This document shows, one piece after another, positions 42,406 to 51,783 of a DNA stretch of 64,000 nucleotides. The notes beneath the pieces were generated by a model. The model ran no database searches. It was not told the DNA's origin and worked only from the letters and a program-made list of their open reading frames with translations. The stretch is from positions 6,762 to 70,761 of the forward strand of contig SCUF01000253.1 of NCBI GenBank assembly GCA_004298325.1, in the 5' to 3' direction. Position numbers and translations under genes: made by a program. This DNA comes from Betaproteobacteria bacterium (lineage in GTDB: Bacteria > Pseudomonadota > Gammaproteobacteria > Burkholderiales > SG8-39). Position 1 is the stretch's first letter, and each line of letters starts with the position of its first letter.

Positions 42406-43182
42406 ATGAAATCTGCGCCCCCTCTCAGACTAGGCGCGGTAAAGCGCCTCGCCCTCATCGATGCCGTGCTTGATTCGGCCTACGGCACGCCGGAGGCCGA
42501 TCTCGACAACAAGTCTGATCCACTCGACGAGGCGATCTACATCATCCTGAGCTTCCAAACCGATCTTGCGCGGTTCAGATCCACTTGGTCTCGACTGCGC
42601 GCCGCATACCCATCGTGGGACGCGCTCGAGCGAGCTGCGGTTCGCGATGTCACGCGGATTCTTCGTGACGGAGGCCTCCACAGACAGAAGACCCGGACGA
42701 TCCGCCGGTTACTCGCAGAGGTCCGTAAAGTCGCCGGCGAGCTTTCTCTCGATCGCTTGCGCCTGATGAATAACGAGGACGCTGAGGCATTGCTAGTGCG
42801 ACTCCCCGGCCTGTCGTGGAAGTCGGCTCGCTGCGTCCTTCTGTATAGCCTCGGACGCGACGCCCTCCCTGTTGACAGCAACACATTTCGCATTCTCAAA
42901 CGAACTGGTGTTCTGTCGAGACCCGCCGTCTATCGACGGCGCTCACTGCACGATGCCATTCAAGCCGCTGTACCCGCGCACCGCCGCCGTGCTTTGCATG
43001 TGAACCTTGTTGTGCACGGGCAGCGCATCTGCTTGCCACGTAGCCCGCGGTGCACGCTCTGCCCGTTGCTTGTCGAATGCCCGAAGGTTGGTCTTCCATC
43101 CGGTGCACGCAAGCGCAAACAAGCGCCCCCCGTAAAGGCGCCAAACGCGCACGCTGGCGGTGGAGGAGATGCCAGGCTGTAG
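42406..43182 (+). CDS. HhH-GPD superfamily DNA glycosylase (EndoIII/MutY/Mig family) with FeS cluster loop
   Basis: LPGLSWKSARCVLLYSLGRDALPVDSNTFRIL (HhH-GPD) and CLPRSPRCTLCPLLVEC (C-x6-C-x2-C-x5-C). Starts 1 nt after the methyltransferase stop. Confidence 0.85.
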   Translation: MKSAPPLRLGAVKRLALIDAVLDSAYGTPEADLDNKSDPLDEAIYIILSFQTDLARFRSTWSRLRAAYPSWDALERAAVRDVTRILRDGGLHRQKTRTIRRLLAEVRKVAGELSLDRLRLMNNEDAEALLVRLPGLSWKSARCVLLYSLGRDALPVDSNTFRILKRTGVLSRPAVYRRRSLHDAIQAAVPAHRRRALHVNLVVHGQRICLPRSPRCTLCPLLVECPKVGLPSGARKRKQAPPVKAPNAHAGGGGDARL

Positions 43183-43236
43183 AGAAGGGTTGTAGGGAGG
43201 AAGCCCGAACAACGAGCAGGAGGGGGGAACGTCCCG

Positions 43237-45276
43237 GTGGTCGTGGAAGTGCTTTTGCTCCTCAGCGGAGTTGGTCTCGCGCTGGCAGCTGGGTTCGCGG
43301 CAATAGTGGTGCGCGCGCGCCGCCGTCACCATGGCGACAACGAGGCGCATAACAAAGCAGAGCGAGAAGCACAGCGCCAGGCCGAAGAGCCACGCACTCG
43401 TGAGGAAGCTCGCGCGGTGGCGGAGCAAGAAGCGCAGCGACAAGACGAAGAAACGCGCAAGCGTGTCGAGGAGGAAGCTCGCGCGGAATCAGAGCGAGCA
43501 GCGAAACAACAAGCCGAAGAAGCAGCGCGCGCGGCGGCGGAGCGAGAGGCACAGCGCCAGGCTGAAGAGGCACGCACTCGTGCCGAGGAAGTTCGCGCGG
43601 AATCAGAGCGAGCAGCGAAACAACAAGCTGAAGAAGCAGCGCGCGCGGCGGCAGAGCGAGAAGCACAGCGCCAGGCCGAAGAGGCACGCACTCGTGAGGA
43701 AGCTCGCGCGGTGGCGGCGCAAGAAGCACAGCGAGAAGCCGAAGAGGCACGCGCTCGTGCTGAGGAGGCCCAATCCCGCGCCGAAGATCAACATGGGGGT
43801 GCCGACGCCGATGACAGTGCGGAGAACGGCCCACTAACCGAACCGTTACGCGCGCGTGACCGTACGCCGAGGATTCCCCGGCAATACCGTCCAACTGGAC
43901 GCACCCCAACGCCGCAACGGCCCACGGCGACACCACCTACAGAGCGAGAGGCACGCGATCGTGCGACGCCGATCGAAGTTCGCCTCGAGTTCCAGAAAGG
44001 TGGCTTCTGCCGAGTGTCGTTGCTCCCGCGCCGTGCCGCGGACATGCCGGTCGAGTTCGCGGTCGAGGGTACTGGCAATCCTCTCGAGCTCCTGGAGCTG
44101 CAGGATGAGTGGTATGAGGACGTTGTTCTGCCAGACATCGGACACCTGCTCATGCAGGGCGTCGAGTGGGCAGGCGCATTGCCCGGTGGCGGCGTGGGCA
44201 GGCTGTCGCTAAGTGGCCGTGGGCTTTACGTGTTGACTCGCCATACTGATCTAAGCGGCTTCGTCAGCACGGTGCGCCTGATCCTCGGTGAGGAGCACGT
44301 GGTTCTCTGCCTCGCCGAACTTCTGCCGGACGTCCGTGCAGCCATCGCACTAACCGAAGGTCCTGAGCCGGACGTCGTTCACTCCGACAAGGGAATCCCG
44401 GTAGGGTGGGTTGGCCTCCGGGGCGTGCGTCCCCGGAAGCCGATCACGCCTAGTCCGGCTGGCGACATGCTCGATGCGCTCCGCCCACTTCCAGATGTGG
44501 AGATTGCATTGAACGGCGGCATCAGAATCGATCGCCAGAGTTGGCTTCGCGGCTTCCCGCCTGCGATCCACGTTCTCGGCGATACCAGCACGATCGGCGC
44601 ACTCACTATCGACGGGCAGGAAGCGCAACTCTCTCTCAATGGAGCGTATGTTGTTCCGGGCTGGGATTCCGCGGGTGAGCACACGATATGGTGCGTAAGC
44701 ACTTCACGAACGTACGCTATTCGGAGCGGTGCCGAGGAGTGGGCGGATTGGGATGCATACGCTTGGTCACTTGGCGAACCGAGTGCACGCGACACGCATT
44801 CGCGGCCCGCGATCTGCGGCGTACTCGTGCGCGCGCCAAAGGCCGTCCAATCAGATACCCGCCCTACGATTGTGGCCGTATCGAATCCAGTACTGATTGG
44901 CGCGAAGCCCGGCGAGATCGAAGTTTGCGTTCCCCGCAAGGATGTGCCCTCCGGATCCTGCGTTGCATTTCCAACTTTTGAACCCGTCTGGGCAATCCCG
45001 GCCAGTCTCCGTCGCAGGGACAAGCGAGGCGCTCGAGTGATTCTGATCGGCCCCCAACGACCTGTGGAAACGGAAACCCACCCGGCGAATAAGCGACCCA
45101 AGGGACGACGCATGTCTCGTCGCCGTGCTCTGGGCCTGGGAACGTACGCGTGGTGCAGGTCAATTCTCGCCGCTGGCCGAAAGGGGTTGCAGCCTGACCC
45201 GCGGCACCGTGACATCGAGAACCTGTGGAAGACCTATAAACGCTTTGCCAAGGTACTCTGGGGAAACCGTCGATGA
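43237..45276 (+). CDS. membrane-anchored protein (679 aa) with charged repeat stalk and unknown C-terminal domain
   Basis: GGAGGGGGG RBS, GTG at 43237. TM LLLLSGVGLALAAGFAAIVV, ~170 aa of EAQRQAEEAR-type repeats, a Pro/Arg/Thr linker, then ~430 aa with no motif I recognise. Confidence 0.7.
   Translation: MVVEVLLLLSGVGLALAAGFAAIVVRARRRHHGDNEAHNKAEREAQRQAEEPRTREEARAVAEQEAQRQDEETRKRVEEEARAESERAAKQQAEEAARAAAEREAQRQAEEARTRAEEVRAESERAAKQQAEEAARAAAEREAQRQAEEARTREEARAVAAQEAQREAEEARARAEEAQSRAEDQHGGADADDSAENGPLTEPLRARDRTPRIPRQYRPTGRTPTPQRPTATPPTEREARDRATPIEVRLEFQKGGFCRVSLLPRRAADMPVEFAVEGTGNPLELLELQDEWYEDVVLPDIGHLLMQGVEWAGALPGGGVGRLSLSGRGLYVLTRHTDLSGFVSTVRLILGEEHVVLCLAELLPDVRAAIALTEGPEPDVVHSDKGIPVGWVGLRGVRPRKPITPSPAGDMLDALRPLPDVEIALNGGIRIDRQSWLRGFPPAIHVLGDTSTIGALTIDGQEAQLSLNGAYVVPGWDSAGEHTIWCVSTSRTYAIRSGAEEWADWDAYAWSLGEPSARDTHSRPAICGVLVRAPKAVQSDTRPTIVAVSNPVLIGAKPGEIEVCVPRKDVPSGSCVAFPTFEPVWAIPASLRRRDKRGARVILIGPQRPVETETHPANKRPKGRRMSRRRALGLGTYAWCRSILAAGRKGLQPDPRHRDIENLWKTYKRFAKVLWGNRR
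43340..43790 (+). repeat. in-frame tandem repeats encoding a charged helix
   Basis: Two near-identical ~114-bp units (43483-43596 and 43597-~43707) inside a degenerate array of related units. Confidence 0.75.
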
Positions 45277-46220
45277 ACGCTAACTCGCTGCTACTCTGGA
45301 TGTCGGCGCGGCGTCACGGTTCGTGGCAGCAGTTTCGCGGCGCAGTTGAGGAACTGCAGCTTGGCGAAGGTGATGAACTTGAGGGAGAGAGCGACGATGC
45401 AGCGGACCTCTTTTCCCTACCGCCCCACCAGACACTCCGATTCAACCTTCAGCGCCTCGGACACGCTGAGTTCTTTGCGGGAGCTGGAGACGGTGCAGAC
45501 TGGCGGGTTACGCCGCCAAGCCTAGCGGTAACACAGCACGCGTCCGGTTGGCTCGGCATTGTTGTCGGCGCCCGTTCGTTAACGCTTCTGCAGCGCATTC
45601 GCTCAGCTGCCGGGGACGCAAATATCGAGACTCTCTTGGTACCGGGATATCCCGACCAGATTCTGATCTCAGCCAACGACAAAAGCACACTCTTTGCGTT
45701 GGCGAATCGGGCCGGCCTTCTATCGCAGAGTGATGCCCCAGCCGCCCTTTTGGCGTGCCTCCCAACTGTCGATGACCCATGCGTGCGCTATCCCACACAA
45801 CTACCCCTGGGCGCCGCCTGGAAGATCGATCGATTTTCTCCGGACGACCTTGCTTGGCATTCTGCGACTCGCGAGGACGCTGCTGCCGTGTCTGACGGTC
45901 TCTTCCGATTCGCTCTTCGGCACCAAAACCACATGCTGCTTTGCCGGAGGGGCGAACCATTTCGAGTTCCCGGCCAAGTAGGCAAATATATCGTCCTTCG
46001 GCATAGGCGCCAAGTTCTCCAGTACGACCGTGAGATCCGATCGCTCGCACTGCCGCCAAGTTGCCGGCCGCCATTCTTGGTCGAGCGAGCCCTGATCTTG
46101 TGCTCTGGATCGCCGCCTTCGTACGAGCGCGGACCGCGAGGGCGTGTTCTCCGGTACCAGCAGATTCCGCAAGACATTGCTTTAACCGCAGCCGCACTAC
46201 TCCGCCAGGAGCTCAGATGA
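45273..46220 (+). CDS. hypothetical protein (315 aa), translationally coupled on both sides
   Basis: ATGA overlaps at 45273-45276 and 46217-46220; no motif recognised. Confidence 0.65.
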   Translation: MNANSLLLWMSARRHGSWQQFRGAVEELQLGEGDELEGESDDAADLFSLPPHQTLRFNLQRLGHAEFFAGAGDGADWRVTPPSLAVTQHASGWLGIVVGARSLTLLQRIRSAAGDANIETLLVPGYPDQILISANDKSTLFALANRAGLLSQSDAPAALLACLPTVDDPCVRYPTQLPLGAAWKIDRFSPDDLAWHSATREDAAAVSDGLFRFALRHQNHMLLCRRGEPFRVPGQVGKYIVLRHRRQVLQYDREIRSLALPPSCRPPFLVERALILCSGSPPSYERGPRGRVLRYQQIPQDIALTAAALLRQELR

Positions 46221-49200
46221 GTAATCCACTCACTATCTTCGAGAATCTTCGCGACACGTATTTCCGGTATCTCGACAGTCCGTTTGATCTCCGTTACCCG
46301 GACCTCATTGCAGAGCGCCGCGCGCTCCTCGACGTAGATGGCCGACTTTACAGACGCCCGCTCATCGAGCCCGTTCCGACATATCAGTTCTCCGGGCAGA
46401 CGTTCTCCCAAGCAGCGCAGGCCCTCCTCGGACCTATCTGGCCCCAGCCTGTTGTGGCGGATCTGTCCCAGTTCGTGTCGCAAGGACTCTTTCCACCAAC
46501 TCTCCCAAACGGGCAGCCCCGCGAACTGTACGCACACCAGCGGGAAGTTTTCGAACAGTCGGTCATTCACGGCCACGATGTCGTAGTGACTACGGGAACT
46601 GGTTCAGGGAAGACGGAGTGTTTTCTGCTTCCTATTGCCGCAGGATTGGCTAGAGAATCAGTGAATTGGCCAGCGCCCGGTCCTCTGCCAGCGCAGTGGG
46701 ACTGGTGGAATCACTGGACCATGCAGGGAGGTCGGCGTCGTTATGCCCCTCGGATCGCCCAGCGAGCTCATGAAAGTCGCACACCAGCCATCCGAGCACT
46801 TATCCTCTACCCGCTCAACGCGCTCGTGGAGGACCAGCTCGCACGCTTGCGCGACGGTCTTGACGGCGCCGGTGCCAGAGCTTGGCTCCAAACGCATCGC
46901 GCAGGGAACCGGATCTACTTCGGGCGCTACACGGGACGGACGCCCGTGTCGGGGAATCGCACTTCGGCGACCACGAATAGGCTTCGCGCAGAGCTCGCTG
47001 ATACGCACCGAGACGCTCAACTTGTAGTGGGGACTCCGGCGGCACGGTTCTTCGCGAACATGGACGGTGGTGAGATGTGGTCGCGATGGGACATGCAGGA
47101 CCACCCGCCGGACATCCTGATCACCAACTACTCGATGCTGAACATCATGTTAATGCGCAGCGCCGAGGCGCCGATTTTCGAACGGACGAAGCAATGGCTT
47201 GAGCAGGACCCCTCGAACGTCTTTCATCTCGTTGTCGACGAGCTGCACACCTATCGCGGGACCCCCGGTACTGAAGTCGCGTACCTCATTCGAGTGCTCC
47301 TCGACCGCATCGGTCTGCCGCCAAACTCGGACCAGCTGCGCATCATCGCTTCAAGCGCATCGGTGGCCACTGGCGTCATGGGTCTCCAGTACCTCGAGTC
47401 ATTCTTCGGCCGCGATCAGAATCGGTTTCGCATCGTTGGTGCTGCCCCTCAGCCGCTCAGCCCTGGTGCGTTCGGTCCGATGCAGGCAAACGTCGCGGCG
47501 TTGCGGCAACTCCGTAACGATCTGCGAGCATCAACCACATTGACCGCGTCTATTGCGACCGCCTTCCAAAACGCAACGGGTGCGCCAGCGGCGTCCCCTG
47601 GAGCGAGCGCGGAGTTAACGCTCGACTCTGCCCTTGCCCATGTGATGGCCGCCGACGCACTACGCTTGGCATGTGCAGCTGGGTCGGTTACCGCTCCTAT
47701 TCTGGAACCGAGATTCCCTGAACAGATCGCGTCGACGATGTTCCCGGGGCTTCCTCTTCCCGATGGTCTCGAAGCTGTAGAAGGTCTGCTCGCTGGTCTC
47801 TCTGCGGCACGTGGCGCGAGCGGCACTGCCTCACTTCCCGTTCGAGCGCATATCATCTATCGCAACTTGCAGGGCCTCTGGGCGTGCACGAACCCTGCCT
47901 GTACGCAGGCTCCACCTCGGACCGGCGCTCCACCCGTCGGGGCGCTTCACTACGTTCCGACGCTGACCTGCGGTTGCGGCTCGCGCGTACTCGAACTCCT
48001 GTACTGCGAGGCCTGCGGCGACACCTTCTTCGGCGGCTACCGCCGAGACACAGGGAATCCGAATGAGTGGTATCTCAGCCCGGACCACCCGGACCTTGAG
48101 GCGTCGCCGGACATGGCTTCGATGGATCGAGACTACCTTCGATATGCCGTGTATTGGCCAGGAGCGCCTGGCGTAACGCCTGCGTCCTTGCAATGGACCC
48201 AAGATCGTGTTGGAAGGGAGTGGCGAGCCGCACGCTTCACACCAGTAGACGGAAAAGTGGCGCTAGGTGGTCGCGGATACCTCTACTACGTACCGGCAAT
48301 GCACTCGCCACCTCCGCCCACTGGTGATAGCGCGCGCCAGGCGTATCCCGCGCGCTGCCCCCGATGTGACGCGGATTGGTCTCGACGGCAGATCGGGTCA
48401 CCAGTTCGCACGCTTCGCACCGGCTTTCAGAAGATCGCACAGGTCCTGTCAGACGCCCTCCTTCGGGACATCGCACCCGTTACCGCCAACCAGTCACGCA
48501 AGCTGGTGGTGTTCTCAGATAGCCGACAAGATGCCGCCAAGCTCTCGGCAGGAATGCGCTTCTCACACTATCGAGACGCGCTACGGCAGGCGATCACAGA
48601 CGCAGTCGGTGTCCAAGGAACAGGTGCGCTGGCGTTCGCATCGCAAGTTGGCGGACGGCATTTGCCGCCGCAGCAACAGGCGCTCGCCACAGCGTTTACT
48701 GGAATCCACCCGGCTGAGGCAGCTTCGCTCTCGATGGCCGCCAACCCCGCGACCGCGCATCTGCAGTCGCCATCGCATCCAAGCCTCACATGCCAAGCGG
48801 CAGCTCAGCAGATTTTGACTCGAGCCGCCCAGGGACCATTCCACATTGGGCAGCTCTCGGCTGACGCGTCGGCGCAGCTGCTCGCGAAGGGGATCAACCC
48901 TGGTGGTTTCACTCAGGACGTGCTCTGGACCGCCCCGCGAACGAGAGAGGGCAGCTGGCGAGACCTCTACATCTGGGGCACGCCCGGTACTATTCCCCAA
49001 GCGAAAGCGGCGGCGCAACTCCTCCAGCAACAGCGCGATCACTTGCGCAGGATCCAAGACCAGTCGGTCCTCGAAGCGATGGACGTCGTCTTCGCATCGG
49101 GACGCCGTAGCCTTGAGTCTCTTCGGCTGGCGTACGCAACCACCGACCGCATTGTCACGCCAGCGCCAAGCACGCTTGTCCAAGAAGCCGCTGACGGTGC

Positions 49201-51781
49201 GATTCGCTTGCTAGGGGCACGGCGCCGGCTCTCGACGCACGGAGCCGCGGGCCAGCCAAACCCGCCGGCGTACGTCGCGCAGTATCTCGCGGCGGTCGCG
49301 CAGCGACACGCCATGGCGCCGGCATCGTTCGTTGCGGACGTGCTGAATTACCTTAACCGCGCCGGCGTCCTTACACAGCACGTCCTTGTCGCGCAGAACC
49401 TGTGCCTTGCACTACCGGCGATGGTGTACTTTGAATGCGGTCAGTGTCGCCGAGTTCATCTGCATGCGGCGGGAGGCGTCTGCACGGATTGCCACATCCC
49501 CCTTGGCCCGGCGCAGCCCCTGGCAGGCGCTCAAGCTACGCGCGACTACTACAGCTATCTGGCCACGCAAGCCGGTCCGATCTTCCGGTTGAACTGTGAG
49601 GAACTCACTGGCCAGACGAACAAGAACGACGGTCGCAAGCGGCAGCGACTCTTCCAAGACATCTGCCTCCCCGCACCAGACGAGATTCAGGTCACAGATT
49701 CGATCGATCTGCTCAGCGTGACCACCACGATGGAAGCCGGTGTGGACATCGGCTCTCTGCTCGCCGTCATGATGGCGAATATGCCGCCGATGCGCTTCAA
49801 CTACCAGCAACGCGTTGGCCGTGCCGGGCGGCGCGGCGCGGGCTTATCGGTTGCGCTCACCCTTTGCCGCGGGCGGAGCCACGACGACTACTACTTCCAG
49901 CGGCCCGATCGGATTACCTCGGACCCGCCACCGCAGCCTTACGTTGACATGCGCCGAGAGGCCATCCTCCAGCGAGTACTAGCGAAGGAAGTCTTGCGGA
50001 AAGCGTTCGCGGCGCTCGGGCTGTTTGCTGCGCAAGGTGGTGACAGCGTACACGGTGAGTTTGGAAATGCATCCGACTGGGGCACTTCGCCCGCTCAGCC
50101 CCCGCCGGGGACACCGCCGGGTCTGACGGTCGAGCAGTTGGTGGATGCTTGGATCCAGAACAATGGACCAGAAATCGCCCATACGTGTGATGTGCTGCTG
50201 GCGTTCACGCCACCACAAATGCATGCGCAGAGGTCGGCGCTCATCGCCTACGTCCAAACGCAACTGGTGCCACGAGTCACCGCCGCCTCAGTGAATCCGA
50301 TGCTGCCGCAGAGGTCACTGAGCGAGCGACTCGCGAATGTCGGCGTGCTGCCCATGTTCGGATTCCCAACGCGCATCCGTTATCTCTTCCACGAGCGGCC
50401 AGGTGGGGCCTACGAGTGGCCCCCCGATGGCGTCGTCGATCGCGAGCTCGACATTGCGATAAGTCAATTTGCCCCGTCATCTGAAACGGTGAAGGACGGC
50501 CTGATCCACACAGCGGTGGGCGTCGTCGACTATCAGCCGCAAGGAACCTCTGTGGTGGAGCAACCGAATCCACTCGGCCCCCCTATTCCGATCGGGCTGT
50601 GCCGGCGCTGCGCAGCGGTCGATGGCTCCTCGAACCCTGCGCAGACATGTGCCGTTTGCGGGGCGGCACCTCCGGAATACGAGCTGGTGAACCTCTCACA
50701 ACCGCGTGGCTTTACTACTTGTCCGTGGTTTGGCGGAAGCCGCGACTTTGACGGAGTTTTCGAGTGGACCGCGCGCGCGTCGCGGCCAAAAGTCGGGGTG
50801 ACACCGATCGCGATGACGCCCGTTGCGAACTTCGAGATTTCGAGTGGGCAGGAAACCGTATATGTAATCAACGATAACGAAGGCCAGCAGTTTGAGTTCG
50901 AGAAGCTCGCCCAAGGTGAGACTTGGGTAACTCGCGAGGCGCTTGCTAAGATCGGGATCAACAACCCTGCTTTCGCGGGCGGCGGTGGTCCAGATCGGCG
51001 GGCGCTCGCCTCCGTCAAACCAACCGACGTTCTCGTCCTCGGGATTCAGAACTGGCCAGTTGGCATCAACGCTGTTCCCCTTCGGGTGGAGGGCCGGGCG
51101 GCGCTCTACTCTCTCGGGTTCCTCCTGCGTCGAGCTGCTGCCGTCCGCCTCGATATCCATGAACGCGAGCTTAAAGTTGGCCTTCGTGTATTGCAGGATC
51201 CGAATGGGCAGGTGGTCGGCCAAATATTTATGTCGGACAGCCTGGAGAATGGGGCGGGCTATAGCTCCTACTTTGGCACCCCTGCGGAAGCTGAGAGTTT
51301 GCTGCGCTTCGTTGTAGGCCAGACGAGTAACACCTTCTATGCCCCACTCGTTGCCCAGGCGAATCCACAAGGTTTGCCCGCGCACGGGGCTCTGTGCAGG
51401 ACCTCCTGCCCGGACTGCCTCCGCGATTTCAGCAACCTCGCGTACCACAACATTCTCGATTGGCGGCTGGGTCTCGATCTGGCGCGCTTGGCGCTCGATC
51501 CAGCGGCACCGATCGACTTCTCGGTCTCCTACTGGCAAGGCCTTGATACGGCAGCCGCTGGCCCCTACTTCGCGGCCATGCCCGGCTGGCAGCCGACAAC
51601 GTTTGGTAGCCTTCAGGCCGGACGGCGTGGAAACGAAGTCGAGATCGTGACCCACCCGCTGTGGAACACGGATCCCAACTTCGCTGGGCCGCTCCTCGCG
51701 ACAGCGTACGCGCAAGCGATTGCGGCTGGTTGCCAAGTGACGATGAAGTCCATCTTTGAAGTGCTGCGGAGGCCTTTCTAA
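46217..51781 (+). CDS. large DEAD/DEAH-box helicase with C-terminal DUF1998 (MrfA-type Zn) module (1854 aa); DruE/DrmAB-like
   Basis: GTGSGKT (46601-46615), DELH (47237-47248), QQRVGRAGRRG (49805-49837), several inserted CxxC Zn ribbons, and terminal CRTSCPDCLRDFSNLAYHNILDW (51395-). Confidence 0.9.
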   Translation: MSNPLTIFENLRDTYFRYLDSPFDLRYPDLIAERRALLDVDGRLYRRPLIEPVPTYQFSGQTFSQAAQALLGPIWPQPVVADLSQFVSQGLFPPTLPNGQPRELYAHQREVFEQSVIHGHDVVVTTGTGSGKTECFLLPIAAGLARESVNWPAPGPLPAQWDWWNHWTMQGGRRRYAPRIAQRAHESRTPAIRALILYPLNALVEDQLARLRDGLDGAGARAWLQTHRAGNRIYFGRYTGRTPVSGNRTSATTNRLRAELADTHRDAQLVVGTPAARFFANMDGGEMWSRWDMQDHPPDILITNYSMLNIMLMRSAEAPIFERTKQWLEQDPSNVFHLVVDELHTYRGTPGTEVAYLIRVLLDRIGLPPNSDQLRIIASSASVATGVMGLQYLESFFGRDQNRFRIVGAAPQPLSPGAFGPMQANVAALRQLRNDLRASTTLTASIATAFQNATGAPAASPGASAELTLDSALAHVMAADALRLACAAGSVTAPILEPRFPEQIASTMFPGLPLPDGLEAVEGLLAGLSAARGASGTASLPVRAHIIYRNLQGLWACTNPACTQAPPRTGAPPVGALHYVPTLTCGCGSRVLELLYCEACGDTFFGGYRRDTGNPNEWYLSPDHPDLEASPDMASMDRDYLRYAVYWPGAPGVTPASLQWTQDRVGREWRAARFTPVDGKVALGGRGYLYYVPAMHSPPPPTGDSARQAYPARCPRCDADWSRRQIGSPVRTLRTGFQKIAQVLSDALLRDIAPVTANQSRKLVVFSDSRQDAAKLSAGMRFSHYRDALRQAITDAVGVQGTGALAFASQVGGRHLPPQQQALATAFTGIHPAEAASLSMAANPATAHLQSPSHPSLTCQAAAQQILTRAAQGPFHIGQLSADASAQLLAKGINPGGFTQDVLWTAPRTREGSWRDLYIWGTPGTIPQAKAAAQLLQQQRDHLRRIQDQSVLEAMDVVFASGRRSLESLRLAYATTDRIVTPAPSTLVQEAADGAIRLLGARRRLSTHGAAGQPNPPAYVAQYLAAVAQRHAMAPASFVADVLNYLNRAGVLTQHVLVAQNLCLALPAMVYFECGQCRRVHLHAAGGVCTDCHIPLGPAQPLAGAQATRDYYSYLATQAGPIFRLNCEELTGQTNKNDGRKRQRLFQDICLPAPDEIQVTDSIDLLSVTTTMEAGVDIGSLLAVMMANMPPMRFNYQQRVGRAGRRGAGLSVALTLCRGRSHDDYYFQRPDRITSDPPPQPYVDMRREAILQRVLAKEVLRKAFAALGLFAAQGGDSVHGEFGNASDWGTSPAQPPPGTPPGLTVEQLVDAWIQNNGPEIAHTCDVLLAFTPPQMHAQRSALIAYVQTQLVPRVTAASVNPMLPQRSLSERLANVGVLPMFGFPTRIRYLFHERPGGAYEWPPDGVVDRELDIAISQFAPSSETVKDGLIHTAVGVVDYQPQGTSVVEQPNPLGPPIPIGLCRRCAAVDGSSNPAQTCAVCGAAPPEYELVNLSQPRGFTTCPWFGGSRDFDGVFEWTARASRPKVGVTPIAMTPVANFEISSGQETVYVINDNEGQQFEFEKLAQGETWVTREALAKIGINNPAFAGGGGPDRRALASVKPTDVLVLGIQNWPVGINAVPLRVEGRAALYSLGFLLRRAAAVRLDIHERELKVGLRVLQDPNGQVVGQIFMSDSLENGAGYSSYFGTPAEAESLLRFVVGQTSNTFYAPLVAQANPQGLPAHGALCRTSCPDCLRDFSNLAYHNILDWRLGLDLARLALDPAAPIDFSVSYWQGLDTAAAGPYFAAMPGWQPTTFGSLQAGRRGNEVEIVTHPLWNTDPNFAGPLLATAYAQAIAAGCQVTMKSIFEVLRRPF

Positions 51782-51783
51782 AC

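Noticed and set aside
46061-46216. Upstream extension of the helicase ORF (track start 46061)
   Set aside because: It overlaps the 315-aa gene. The ATGA coupling at 46217-46220 and the protein-like sequence from MSNPLTIFENL support 46217 as the start.
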